Assembly (NCBI GenBank): GCA_003151615.1
Contig: PLXZ01000001.1
Span: 3,795-67,794 of the forward strand
DNA: 64,000 nt
Direction: 5' to 3'
Origin: Candidatus Tayloriibacteriota bacterium
GTDB lineage: Bacteria; Patescibacteriota; Minisyncoccia; Phycocordibacterales; PALSA-1337
Part shown: positions 38,670 to 46,717 of the stretch, piece by piece
Numbering within the stretch: position 1 is the first letter of the stretch
How the letters are laid out: every line of letters starts with the position of its first letter
Notes under the pieces: model-generated
Seen by the model: only the letters and a program-made list of their open reading frames with translations
Told to the model about the DNA's origin: nothing
Databases searched by the model: none
Made by a program: the position numbers and the translations under genes

Positions 38670-39633
38670 GTGAATAGCTTATCATATTTTTAATCTTGAA
38701 AGTATTTCCGTGCGTTAACATACCCAAATAAGATGCAACAGTTTCTATCTTAGGCTGATGATCAAGATTCTTAAACATTCTCTTCTTTGTAGCCGTTCTT
38801 AGAACTCTATGGTCAGGAAAATGTATCCACCCAAGGAAATCGACACCTGACGAGAACGTTTTAATGAAAACTTTATCGGGATGAAGTTTCAGGGCCAGTT
38901 TTTCTTCCAAAAATAGTGACATTTTCGGCAATATATCGAGAAGCCAATCCTTGTTCCCGCTCATCACCACAAAATCATCGGCGTATCGGATATAGTATTT
39001 TGCTTTAATCGTGTGCTTCATAAAATGGTCAAAAGCATTCATGTAGACGTTAACCAGAAGCTGCGAGGTGAGATTGCCAAGCGGTAATCCCTTTCCGTCT
39101 ACTGTACTGTGGAAACTTTTAGCCACACGTCCGATAAGCCAAATGACATCAGGATCGGTAATGTACTTTCCTACAGTATCAAGGAGTATTTTTTGATCGA
39201 TTGAAGCAAAAAACTTCCGAATATCGCACTTTAAAATCCAAAGCGTCTTTGTGTTATTCTTGCTCTCCTTTAAAGCAAAATGCTTGAATCGTTCCACTGC
39301 TCGATGTGTACCCCGTAGCTTACGGCATGAGTATGAATCATAAATAAAAGTGCGGTCAAAAAAAGGATAAAGTTCGCGATAGATTGCATGATGCAAAAGT
39401 CTGTCTCGCACACTTGCCTTATGGATATTTCGTGGCTTTGGATCAGAGATATTAAAGGCATAGTAGCCTCCATGGGTATAAGTTTTATTTTTTAAATCAG
39501 TATGTAAATCAAGAATGTTATCGGATAAACGATATTGAAACTCCTGCACATCTTTCTTGCTTCGCTTCCCTTTTAGGAATTCTTTCCACGCTTCGAGCAA
39601 ATTTTCCATAGAAATGATATTGTTGTACATCAT
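38650..39633 (-). CDS. DGR reverse transcriptase.
   Basis: RT motifs PKPRNIHKASVRDR and YADDFVV. Motif 4 is GLPLGNLTSQLLVNVYM; the xGxxxSQ form is diagnostic of DGR RTs, where group II and retron RTs have QGxxxSP. Length is 327 aa. The 3' end overlaps the glyA start by 20 nt. Confidence 0.85.
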   Translation of the reverse strand: MMYNNIISMENLLEAWKEFLKGKRSKKDVQEFQYRLSDNILDLHTDLKNKTYTHGGYYAFNISDPKPRNIHKASVRDRLLHHAIYRELYPFFDRTFIYDSYSCRKLRGTHRAVERFKHFALKESKNNTKTLWILKCDIRKFFASIDQKILLDTVGKYITDPDVIWLIGRVAKSFHSTVDGKGLPLGNLTSQLLVNVYMNAFDHFMKHTIKAKYYIRYADDFVVMSGNKDWLLDILPKMSLFLEEKLALKLHPDKVFIKTFSSGVDFLGWIHFPDHRVLRTATKKRMFKNLDHQPKIETVASYLGMLTHGNTFKIKNMISYSHERRRH

Positions 39634-39696
39634 GATTGATACAAAAATTAAGACTGATAAAGTAGCCCCCCCCCGCAGAGATTAATACCTGTTGTT

Positions 39697-40047
39697 TTGA
39701 AGCTCAAGGACACCTATGCCATATGGCAGGACTATTTAACCCATTTTCCCAAAGCTAACCGTTTTACGATTGGTTCAAAGATAGATATCCTCTTCCTCGA
39801 AGCGATCGAATACGCTTTCATCGCAAGCTATACCCATACGGCCGACAAGCATATATTCTTAAATAAAAGCATCTCTAAAGTGGATCTCATTAAGCTCCTT
39901 CTACAACTTTCGTGGGAGATAAAAGCACTCGATAACAAGAAATATATCGTGCTGTCAGAAAAATTCTCTGAAATCGGTAAGATGCTTGGAGGCTGGAAAA
40001 AGCAATTACTTAGCAAAACTCCTGAGACAAAATCTCAGGAGAAATAA
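39697..40047 (+). CDS. avd: Avd-like accessory variability determinant (four-helix-bundle / 23S rRNA intervening-sequence protein family). TTG start.
   Basis: 116 aa and basic. HFPKANRFTIGSKIDILFLEAIEYAFIASY...EIGKMLGGW resembles the Avd/TIGR02436 pattern (FPKEERYGL.SQLRRAA.S...NIAEG...L.GL). It lies between RT and TR but on the opposite strand. Confidence 0.7.
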   Translation: MKLKDTYAIWQDYLTHFPKANRFTIGSKIDILFLEAIEYAFIASYTHTADKHIFLNKSISKVDLIKLLLQLSWEIKALDNKKYIVLSEKFSEIGKMLGGWKKQLLSKTPETKSQEK

Positions 40048-40055
40048 TGATAGTG

Positions 40056-40181
40056 GCGAACAGCCAGGAAACGATAGTTGGCATTCCAATCACCGTCCCA
40101 GTTGTTGAGGTTGAGGTTCCGCTTGGAATCGTCCTTGTTGAGGTTCGGCACGTTGCGGTTGCCATTGACCTTACCAACGGA
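40056..40181 (-). repeat. DGR template repeat (TR): 126 nt, 33 adenines, AAC/AAT Asn-codon rich.
   Basis: Identical to VR except at TR-adenine positions. In-frame translation gives ...NGNRNVPNLNKDDSKRNLNLNNWDGDWNANYRFLAVR. Confidence 0.88.
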
Positions 40182-40420
40182 CCTTGTGTGAAAAACCACC
40201 CATGGCACTGCTCCCCGATAGCTTCGCGAAAGCTGCATCGAATTCGTGACATTAATCTATCACTTGGTTTCTCACACCAACTGTCTCTCTATTTTTTGAG
40301 ATCAATCCTCGAAATACTCTTTGGAAAACCTTGGTCTTCCAAACTCTCATTCCGAGGGTTGCGGACAAATTACCCAAAGCCGTGACCTTGGATTTATCAC
40401 TTGTCACTTTTCATTATATA

Positions 40421-40466
40421 TGAAAATAAAAAACCTCGCGCGACACAACTTGTGTACAACGCGAGG
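40421..40466 (-). terminator. Nested GC hairpin plus T-tract downstream of the DGR target gene. Terminator and candidate DGR target-recognition stem-loop.
   Basis: cctcgcg-[acacaa-c-ttgtgt]-cgcgagg. On the minus strand it is followed by TTTTTTATTTT. Confidence 0.6.
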
Positions 40467-40529
40467 TCTGAATTTGATGCGACCAAGGGTCCAAGATTCC
40501 AAGTGGCAAAGCGCAAGCGATGCCGATGA

Positions 40530-41288
40530 TCAAGAAACCGAGATCTGAGAGACTTTTTTGCGAACAGCCAGGAAACGATAGCTGGCACCCCAACCACCGT
40601 CCCAGCGGATGAGGTCGAGGTCCCGCCCGGAAACGCCCTCGTAGAGGTAAGGCACGTGGCGGCCGAGGCGGAGGTGCCGCTCGGAAACGTCCTTGTTGAG
40701 GTACGGCACGCAGCGGAAGCCATAGACCTTACCAACGGAGCCCAACGCAACGATCGGATACTTCCGCTGTTCTTCAGGGTTATTTTTCCCGTAAGTCAGC
40801 AGATGCTCGATCGCGGCCGGTTGCCATGGATTGGCAGTATCGTCGGTTGTAATGCCACTGACGGCATTTTCCGACGAGATGGAGCGATCGAAATGGAACA
40901 TTTTAAATTCCCACTCGTCCGCGCCGGTGTTCTTCAATGGAAATCGCTTCGCAGTGATGTCGCTGTTAGTCCAGTCGTAATTGCCGGCCTTGATCATCTC
41001 TTCGAGAGACAAGGTGCAGTCTACGACATAGACCACGATTGCGCCGACGACGGCATTGACAGTGTTCGTCACCCAGCAGGGCTCCTTGCGCAGAAATTTT
41101 TTGAGCATTTCCCACCAGGTGTTTCCGTCCTTGCCGTTCAATTTGGCGAAGAGGTCCTTGAGGACGCCGATTGCGGATTGGGCTTCTTCATTGACAATCT
41201 GGTCGAGTGATTCGAGCAGATTCAGTAACAGTCCGAGCATGATTTTCATGGTCAGTTTCCTTTCATCGCCGACTTTAGAAGTCAGCAT
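40530..41288 (-). CDS. DGR target (variable) protein with a C-terminal VR in a C-type-lectin/FGE-like context (...GFRCVPYL...WDGGWGASYRFLAVR).
   Basis: 252-aa ORF. VR is at 40559-40738. The start may be the internal MKIML at 41249. Confidence 0.8.
   Translation of the reverse strand: MLTSKVGDERKLTMKIMLGLLLNLLESLDQIVNEEAQSAIGVLKDLFAKLNGKDGNTWWEMLKKFLRKEPCWVTNTVNAVVGAIVVYVVDCTLSLEEMIKAGNYDWTNSDITAKRFPLKNTGADEWEFKMFHFDRSISSENAVSGITTDDTANPWQPAAIEHLLTYGKNNPEEQRKYPIVALGSVGKVYGFRCVPYLNKDVSERHLRLGRHVPYLYEGVSGRDLDLIRWDGGWGASYRFLAVRKKVSQISVS
40559..40738 (-). repeat. DGR variable repeat (VR): 180 nt, equal to TR plus a 54-nt internal tandem duplication.
   Basis: About 31 substitutions against TR at TR-A sites, and one elsewhere (ccg to cct). 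Confidence 0.88.
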
Positions 41289-41325
41289 TTGTTTTTTGTT
41301 GAGCTAGAGGGCTACCTTATCGCCA

Positions 41326-41385
41326 TAGCTTAGAGACGCCCATCTTTTTGAGCAGCTTTAAGCTATGGCGATCGTTCGCAAAATC
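41326..41385. promoter_or_regulatory. 14-bp perfect inverted repeat (atcgccatagctta ... taagctatggcgat) with a ~29-nt spacer, upstream of the DGR target gene.
   Basis: Seen directly in the sequence. Function unknown; it could be an operator or a 5'-UTR structure. Confidence 0.35.
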
Positions 41386-41439
41386 AAAGAACTTACAGGT
41401 GTATTGTACACCATTAGTATGGCATCTGTCAATGGTAAG

Positions 41440-41470
41440 AAAAAAGCCCTTAATGAAGGGCTTTTTTGAT
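41440..41470 (-). terminator. Bidirectional rho-independent terminator after rplE.
   Basis: aaaaaagcccttaatgaagggcttttttg. Confidence 0.7.
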
Positions 41471-41490
41471 TAAAAACGCTTTTTTATAGT

Positions 41491-42063
41491 CTATTTCGCC
41501 TTTCCTGCCTTCACCTCTTCTTTCTTGAACGGAAAACCGAGATGTTCCAAAAATGCGAGTGTCTGAACCTTGTCGTTTGATGAAGTCACGACCGTGAGAG
41601 CCATTCCGAAAACATCGCGGAGATCTTCGTCTGATGTTTCAGCGAAAATGGTGTGCTCGCGGATGCCGAGGGTGTAATTGCCCATTTCGTCGACTGCGGT
41701 TCGCGTTATGCCGCGGAAGTCCTTTGTGCGGGGCAATGAAATGTGGACAAGCCGGTCAAGAAAATCATTCATGCGTTTGCCGCGGAGGGTTATCTGGAAA
41801 CCAACAGGGTCGCCGGTGCGGACCTTGAATGTTGCGATCGATTTCTTCGCGCCGCGAAGAGCAGGCTTTTGGCCCGTGATTTTCGCCAATCGGTCTGCGA
41901 CGAGTTCGATTTTCTTTTTGTCCTTGATCGAGCCGATACCCGCGGAAACGACGACTTTCAAAAGTCGAGGCGACTGCATTGGATTTGTATAGCCGAATTT
42001 CGGCTGAAGCGTTTTGTATGCGCTCTTTTCCAAATCTTTGATTGTTGTGTGTGATGTTTTCAT
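41491..42063 (-). CDS. rplE: 50S ribosomal protein L5.
   Basis: Typical L5 sequence (LLKVVVSAGIG...GAKKSIATFKVRTGDPVG). Confidence 0.93.
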   Translation of the reverse strand: MKTSHTTIKDLEKSAYKTLQPKFGYTNPMQSPRLLKVVVSAGIGSIKDKKKIELVADRLAKITGQKPALRGAKKSIATFKVRTGDPVGFQITLRGKRMNDFLDRLVHISLPRTKDFRGITRTAVDEMGNYTLGIREHTIFAETSDEDLRDVFGMALTVVTSSNDKVQTLAFLEHLGFPFKKEEVKAGKAK

Positions 42064-42064
42064 A

Positions 42065-42283
42065 TTATTTCTTCAGCGCGACGTTTGAAACGTCAATCGG
42101 CATAGCCTGGTCGACAACCTGACCTTTCTGGCCTTCCTTGCGGGGTCGCATATGCTTTTTGACGAGGTTAAGACCTTCGACGATGACTTTGCCGTCGCGA
42201 GGAAAAGACTTCGAGACCTTTCCCGTCTTGCCCTTGTCCTTTCCCGTAAGGATTATTACATTGTCGTTTTTCTTGATGGTCAT
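42065..42283 (-). CDS. rplX: 50S ribosomal protein L24.
   Basis: [20 protein letters not shown], with KOW motif. Confidence 0.93.
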   Translation of the reverse strand: MTIKKNDNVIILTGKDKGKTGKVSKSFPRDGKVIVEGLNLVKKHMRPRKEGQKGQVVDQAMPIDVSNVALKK

Positions 42284-42289
42284 AAATTT

Positions 42290-42661
42290 TTATACAATCT
42301 CCGGCGCTTTTGAGGCGATGGTCTGGTAACCGCGTTCCGACAATTCGCGAGGAATCGGGCCGAAGATGCGTCCGGCAATCGGCTCCTTCGTACCCTTTGT
42401 CAAAATGACGACTGAGTTTTCATCGAATCGCACGTATGATCCGTCCTTGCGGCGGAATGGCTTGCGCTGGCGGACGACGACGGCCTGGAGAACATCCTTC
42501 TTTTTGATGGTCTTGCGGGGTTCGGCCTTCTGAACGGAGAGGACCACGAGATCGCCGATTTCAGCATAGCGCTTCTTCGAAGAGCCAAGCACCTTGAAAA
42601 TACGGCCGATTTTGGCGCCGCAGTTGTCAGTTATTCGTACGATTGAGCGTGGCTGTATCAT
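42290..42661 (-). CDS. rplN: 50S ribosomal protein L14.
   Basis: MIQPRSIVRITDNCGAK... Confidence 0.95.
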   Translation of the reverse strand: MIQPRSIVRITDNCGAKIGRIFKVLGSSKKRYAEIGDLVVLSVQKAEPRKTIKKKDVLQAVVVRQRKPFRRKDGSYVRFDENSVVILTKGTKEPIAGRIFGPIPRELSERGYQTIASKAPEIV

Positions 42662-42665
42662 AAAT

Positions 42666-42941
42666 TTATTCTGCTATTTTAAAAGACTTGTGTCGTGAAA
42701 TAGGTCGGCATGATTCGATCGTAACCTTGTCCCCCACCTTTTTGGTGTTTCCGGGATTGTGGACCTTGTAGCGCTTCGAAAGATTCATGAACTTGTGATA
42801 TTTCTCGTTTTTCACATAGCGTTCGACCAAAACAACAACCGTATCCTTCATTTTGTCGGACACGACAACGCCACTCAAAGTTTTTCGCTTTGGAGCTTCC
42901 GCCTGCACGGTCGTTTTTGTTGTCTTTTTAGTGTCAGTCAT
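42666..42941 (-). CDS. rpsQ: 30S ribosomal protein S17.
   Basis: LSGVVVSDKMKDTVVVLVERYVKNEKYHKF... Confidence 0.93.
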   Translation of the reverse strand: MTDTKKTTKTTVQAEAPKRKTLSGVVVSDKMKDTVVVLVERYVKNEKYHKFMNLSKRYKVHNPGNTKKVGDKVTIESCRPISRHKSFKIAE

Positions 42942-42982
42942 TGGTGTTGATTTATATCACGTATCCTCTATCTATTCAAGTT

Positions 42983-43420
42983 TTACGCTCCCATTACCGC
43001 TCGGTTGATAATTTTCGTCTTGACGGAAATTTTCGTGCCGGCCTTTCGCAATGCTTCCAACGCCGTTTTGTCGTCCACGCCGTCGATTTCAAAAAGAATT
43101 CGGCCGGCCTTTACCGGAGCAACGAATCCGACCGGATCTCCCTTACCCTTTCCGAGCTTTACTTCGGCTGGTTTCTGGGTGAATGGTCGGTCCGGAAAGA
43201 CGCGAACCCATACTTTTCCGGACTTTGTGGCATATCGAGCCATGACTTTTCGCGCAGCTTCGATTTCATTCGACGACAAACGTCCGTACGCGAGAGCCTT
43301 CAATCCGAATGATCCGAACGAGAGGTGCGTACCACGCGTTTCAACAGCCACCGCGAGTTTCTTCGCGTTCTTGCGGCCGGTATGCCATTTTCGGAATTTT
43401 ACTTTTTTAGGGAATAACAT
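42983..43420 (-). CDS. rplP: 50S ribosomal protein L16.
   Basis: MLFPKKVKFRKWHTGR...FGSFGLKA... Confidence 0.95.
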   Translation of the reverse strand: MLFPKKVKFRKWHTGRKNAKKLAVAVETRGTHLSFGSFGLKALAYGRLSSNEIEAARKVMARYATKSGKVWVRVFPDRPFTQKPAEVKLGKGKGDPVGFVAPVKAGRILFEIDGVDDKTALEALRKAGTKISVKTKIINRAVMGA

Positions 43421-43440
43421 GGTAGTGATTTATATGAAAA

Positions 43441-44163
43441 TTATTTGAATTTTTGCGTCGGAGCGGCACCTGTTTGCGTCGTTTTCGCGAGATTCGCAGC
43501 CATGTCCTTCGCGAAAATCTCTCCTTTATATATCCAGACCTTTATACCGATGTCGCCGTAGGTCATGTGGGCCTTTTCGCGTGCGAATTCGATGTCTGCA
43601 CGCATTGTTTGAAGAGGAATACGACCCTTTTTGAGGTCTTCCTGACGTGCCATTTCAGCACCACCGAGTCGTCCCGACAATTTGATGCGGGCACCCTGGA
43701 CTTCGCGGTTTGCCATGACTTTCTCCAATGCCTGCTTCACAACGCGGCGGAATGGAAGGCGCTTTTCGAGACCTTCAGCGACCATCAAACCGACGATAGC
43801 CGAGTTTGCTTCAGGATTTCGGACTTCCTCGATGTCCATCTTCAATTCTTGGCCTGAGAGGTCAACTCCTCGCTTTTTGAGCTGCTTCATGACTTTCTCG
43901 CGGAGCTTTACGATACCGTCACCCGCGCGGCCGATGATCATACCCGGTCGTGATGAACGGATAATGATGCGGAGGGCCTTCTGATTTCGCTCGATTGCAA
44001 TGTCGGAAAGATAGAATGCGCGCAATTCCTTCGTCAAAAACTCACGGATAACAATGTCAGCCTTCAAATAGTTGCGGTATTGCTTGTCCACGCCGAACCA
44101 GCGGCTCTTCCAGTCGCGAATGATTCCAAGTCTATGTGCATATGGGTGTACGGAGTGTGACAT
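43441..44163 (-). CDS. rpsC: 30S ribosomal protein S3.
   Basis: KH domain and S3 C-terminal blocks (GIIRDWKSRWFG...). Confidence 0.95.
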   Translation of the reverse strand: MSHSVHPYAHRLGIIRDWKSRWFGVDKQYRNYLKADIVIREFLTKELRAFYLSDIAIERNQKALRIIIRSSRPGMIIGRAGDGIVKLREKVMKQLKKRGVDLSGQELKMDIEEVRNPEANSAIVGLMVAEGLEKRLPFRRVVKQALEKVMANREVQGARIKLSGRLGGAEMARQEDLKKGRIPLQTMRADIEFAREKAHMTYGDIGIKVWIYKGEIFAKDMAANLAKTTQTGAAPTQKFK

Positions 44164-44164
44164 G

Positions 44165-44566
44165 TTATTTTTTTTGTGTTTTTTCTGTTTTTACAATCGC
44201 CGGTCGTCCCCATCGTCGGAGCTTCGCGGGCTTTTCAGCAATCGGAGCGAGAGTGATCATGACGTTGCTTGAACGCTTGTTGATTCGTGAAGCACTGCCG
44301 CGTGCTCGTGGCATCGATCGCTTCAACGTAACTCCCCCGTCAACGCGGATTTCCTTTATAAAAAGACCGGCTGATTCGATATTAAAATTGTTTTTTGCGT
44401 TGGCGATTGCCGATGCGAGGAGCGCGCCGAGAGGACCGGTTGCCTTCTTCGGAAGGAATTTAAGCATGCTCGCCGCCTCGACGACTGATTTGCCGCGCAT
44501 GAGGTTAGCCGTGCCGCGGACCTTGCGGGGAGACTGTCGATAGTTGTGGAGTGATGCTGTGATCAT
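44165..44566 (-). CDS. rplV: 50S ribosomal protein L22, with a C-terminal basic extension.
   Basis: SPRKVRGTANLMRGKSVVEAASMLKF...KRSMPRARGSASRINKRSSNVMITL. Confidence 0.9.
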   Translation of the reverse strand: MITASLHNYRQSPRKVRGTANLMRGKSVVEAASMLKFLPKKATGPLGALLASAIANAKNNFNIESAGLFIKEIRVDGGVTLKRSMPRARGSASRINKRSSNVMITLAPIAEKPAKLRRWGRPAIVKTEKTQKK

Positions 44567-44579
44567 ATATATATATAAA

Positions 44580-44948
44580 TTATTTGGCGCCAGGCTTAGC
44601 TGTCGCACCCGGTGCGGATCCGGCCGCTTCCTTCGCTGATTTTGCGGCATTGATTTCAGCTTCCTTCTGCTTCATTTCCAATTCCTTCTGCATCTTTCCT
44701 CCGTGTCGGTTGAATTTGCGCGTAGGCGAAAATTCACCGAGGCGGTGTCCAACCATGTCCTCGGTGATCAAAACTTCCAAATGTTGTCGTCCGTTATACA
44801 CGCCGAATGTGAACCCAATCATTTCCGGCGCAATCTGGGATCGGCGATACCATGTTTTAATAACCCCTGTTTCCAGAGGTTTTTTGCCTGAAATCTTTTT
44901 GAGGAGTCGTTCTTCAACGAACGGACCCTTATACAGTGAACGTGACAT
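44580..44948 (-). CDS. rpsS: 30S ribosomal protein S19, with a C-terminal Lys/Ala-rich extension.
   Basis: [18 protein letters not shown]...[18 protein letters not shown]. Confidence 0.93.
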   Translation of the reverse strand: MSRSLYKGPFVEERLLKKISGKKPLETGVIKTWYRRSQIAPEMIGFTFGVYNGRQHLEVLITEDMVGHRLGEFSPTRKFNRHGGKMQKELEMKQKEAEINAAKSAKEAAGSAPGATAKPGAK

Positions 44949-45111
44949 TTTATATTAAAGCCTATTTTCCTTTAGTATCCTGTGTTTATAAATGCCCGTG
45001 GAATCGGCAGAAGACCGGCTCGCACTCAGACAAAATCCAAACACTGGTTAAAAAGGAACTCGTTAGAGCTTGGTTATCCATACTAGCAGACCTGTGTTTA
45101 AAGTCAACATT

Positions 45112-46716
45112 TTATGCAGAAATCCCGACGTTTGCCGGAAACTCGACATAAAACTGCGACCCCTTCCCCGCACCCTGCGATTCGGCCCAGACTTTGCCGC
45201 CGTGCGCGTCGACGATATTCTTTGCGAAGAAAAGTCCGTAGCCGGTGCTGTGCACGTTGACCTTGACCGATTCCTTGCCGCGGCCACCTTCGGTGAACAG
45301 ATGTGACATGTCCTCGGGAGTGATGCCGACGCCGGTGTCTTTTATCGAAAGAAGTACGACAGATTTCGCGGCCTTTAAATTTTTAGGATCCTTGATTCCG
45401 CCGAGCAAAATGACGGTGACGCTTCCTGACGGCGTGTAGCGGATGGAATTGTCGACCAAATTGCGGATGACATGCTGGACAATTTTCTCGCGATCGCCGT
45501 CAATCGTGTAATTCACGCCCCCGGGAATTTCTATGTTCAATGCAAGTCCCTTTTTCTGCGCTTCGGACATCAATGACGCGACGACTTCTTCCGTTGCCAC
45601 CTTCATATCAAAAGGTTTCTTGTACATTGCGAGCGTGCCATTTTTCGCATTCGAGGAATTCAAAATATCCATGACCATTTCCACCGTATGTTTCGTACTG
45701 TCATCCGCAACCGCGACTATTTTCTTCATCGGTTCCGTTGCCTCGCCCAAATCCCCTTCCAAAATCGCCGCGAACGCATCACGGTTTTTTCCAAGCGCAC
45801 CCTTGACTTCATGACTGACCAAATGCACCAGGCTGTCGAGCTGTTTGGCGAGCGACTCGATTTTTTCGCGCTGTTTGACTTCCCGGTAAACCGTCTTTAT
45901 CAAAAGAACGCCGAAAATCATGGTGAGAATCAGAACAATGCCGCTGATTATCTGGTCCTCAATATTTTGGGCGAGAACCGTTCGAAACAAGAGAATAATC
46001 CACAACGTACCCGTCAGGAATTCTGTCGCAACAATCTTCACGTTAAACAAACTGTACTTCAGCATCGCATACGCGATGATGAGCGGATAGAATGAGAAAA
46101 GAACAATCGGAAACGGATAAATAGGAACATTGAATGTCAAAAAGAAAACACTGCCGCCGCCGAGAAATCCGGCGATCGATGAGAGAAGGACAAATCGGAG
46201 CCTGATTGCGTCGCTTTTCTCGGACCTGCGAATTTGCATGAAAAGTATGACCAAGGAAAAGATGACAATGCCAAAAAAATAGGCTGTGAAATAAATGTAA
46301 AGGGGGCCAGCGTCAGGCGCAAAATTAAACGGCCCCTTTTGAAAAACATCTCGGACAAAAGCGGGCAAAGGGCTGACGACCAAGAAAAACAAGCCCGCCA
46401 CTGAAAACGTATAGAAAAAATCCTTGTATTTCTGATAAACTTTTGTCAGAGATATTATGAAAAGAAAATAAAAAATTGGAATAAGTATCGCTCCAACATG
46501 CAAAGTTTCGTCACTAAAGACTGCAAGGCCTTTTGTGTTTGAAATACTCATAAGCTGGTAGCCAAAGCTCCATATTGCAGTCGAAAAGTTCAAAAGAAGC
46601 CATGCAATATTTTCGCGTTTCTTCGAATCATCCAAAAAGACAAAAAGTCCCGCAAACAATGACACAACCCCACCCAAGAACAATGACAGACTGTAATAAT
46701 TGATTACGAACGACAT
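45112..46716 (-). CDS. Sensor histidine kinase, membrane-bound with ~7 TM segments. No response regulator nearby.
   Basis: HisKA (LVSHEVKGAL) plus HATPase_c (N, G1 DTGVGI, G2 GYGLFFAKNIVDAHGG), and an N-terminal polytopic domain. Confidence 0.85.
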   Translation of the reverse strand: MSFVINYYSLSLFLGGVVSLFAGLFVFLDDSKKRENIAWLLLNFSTAIWSFGYQLMSISNTKGLAVFSDETLHVGAILIPIFYFLFIISLTKVYQKYKDFFYTFSVAGLFFLVVSPLPAFVRDVFQKGPFNFAPDAGPLYIYFTAYFFGIVIFSLVILFMQIRRSEKSDAIRLRFVLLSSIAGFLGGGSVFFLTFNVPIYPFPIVLFSFYPLIIAYAMLKYSLFNVKIVATEFLTGTLWIILLFRTVLAQNIEDQIISGIVLILTMIFGVLLIKTVYREVKQREKIESLAKQLDSLVHLVSHEVKGALGKNRDAFAAILEGDLGEATEPMKKIVAVADDSTKHTVEMVMDILNSSNAKNGTLAMYKKPFDMKVATEEVVASLMSEAQKKGLALNIEIPGGVNYTIDGDREKIVQHVIRNLVDNSIRYTPSGSVTVILLGGIKDPKNLKAAKSVVLLSIKDTGVGITPEDMSHLFTEGGRGKESVKVNVHSTGYGLFFAKNIVDAHGGKVWAESQGAGKGSQFYVEFPANVGISA

Positions 46717-46717
46717 A

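Larger units (their letters stand above)
38650..41288 (-). mobile_element. Diversity-generating retroelement cassette: the target gene with VR, TR, avd on the opposite strand, and the RT.
   Basis: TR (40056-40181) and VR (40559-40738) are related by adenine-specific substitutions. The cassette includes a DGR-type RT and an Avd-like gene, and it is AT-rich relative to its flanks. Confidence 0.88.

Noticed and set aside
40010-40750. ORF-track entries overlapping TR/VR (40047-40385 +, 40010-40252 -, 40035-40238 -, 40397-40750 -).
   Set aside because: They are frame-shifted or antisense translations of the repeat DNA. The 40035-40238 ORF is only the in-frame Asn-rich reading of the TR itself, so it is not an expressed protein.
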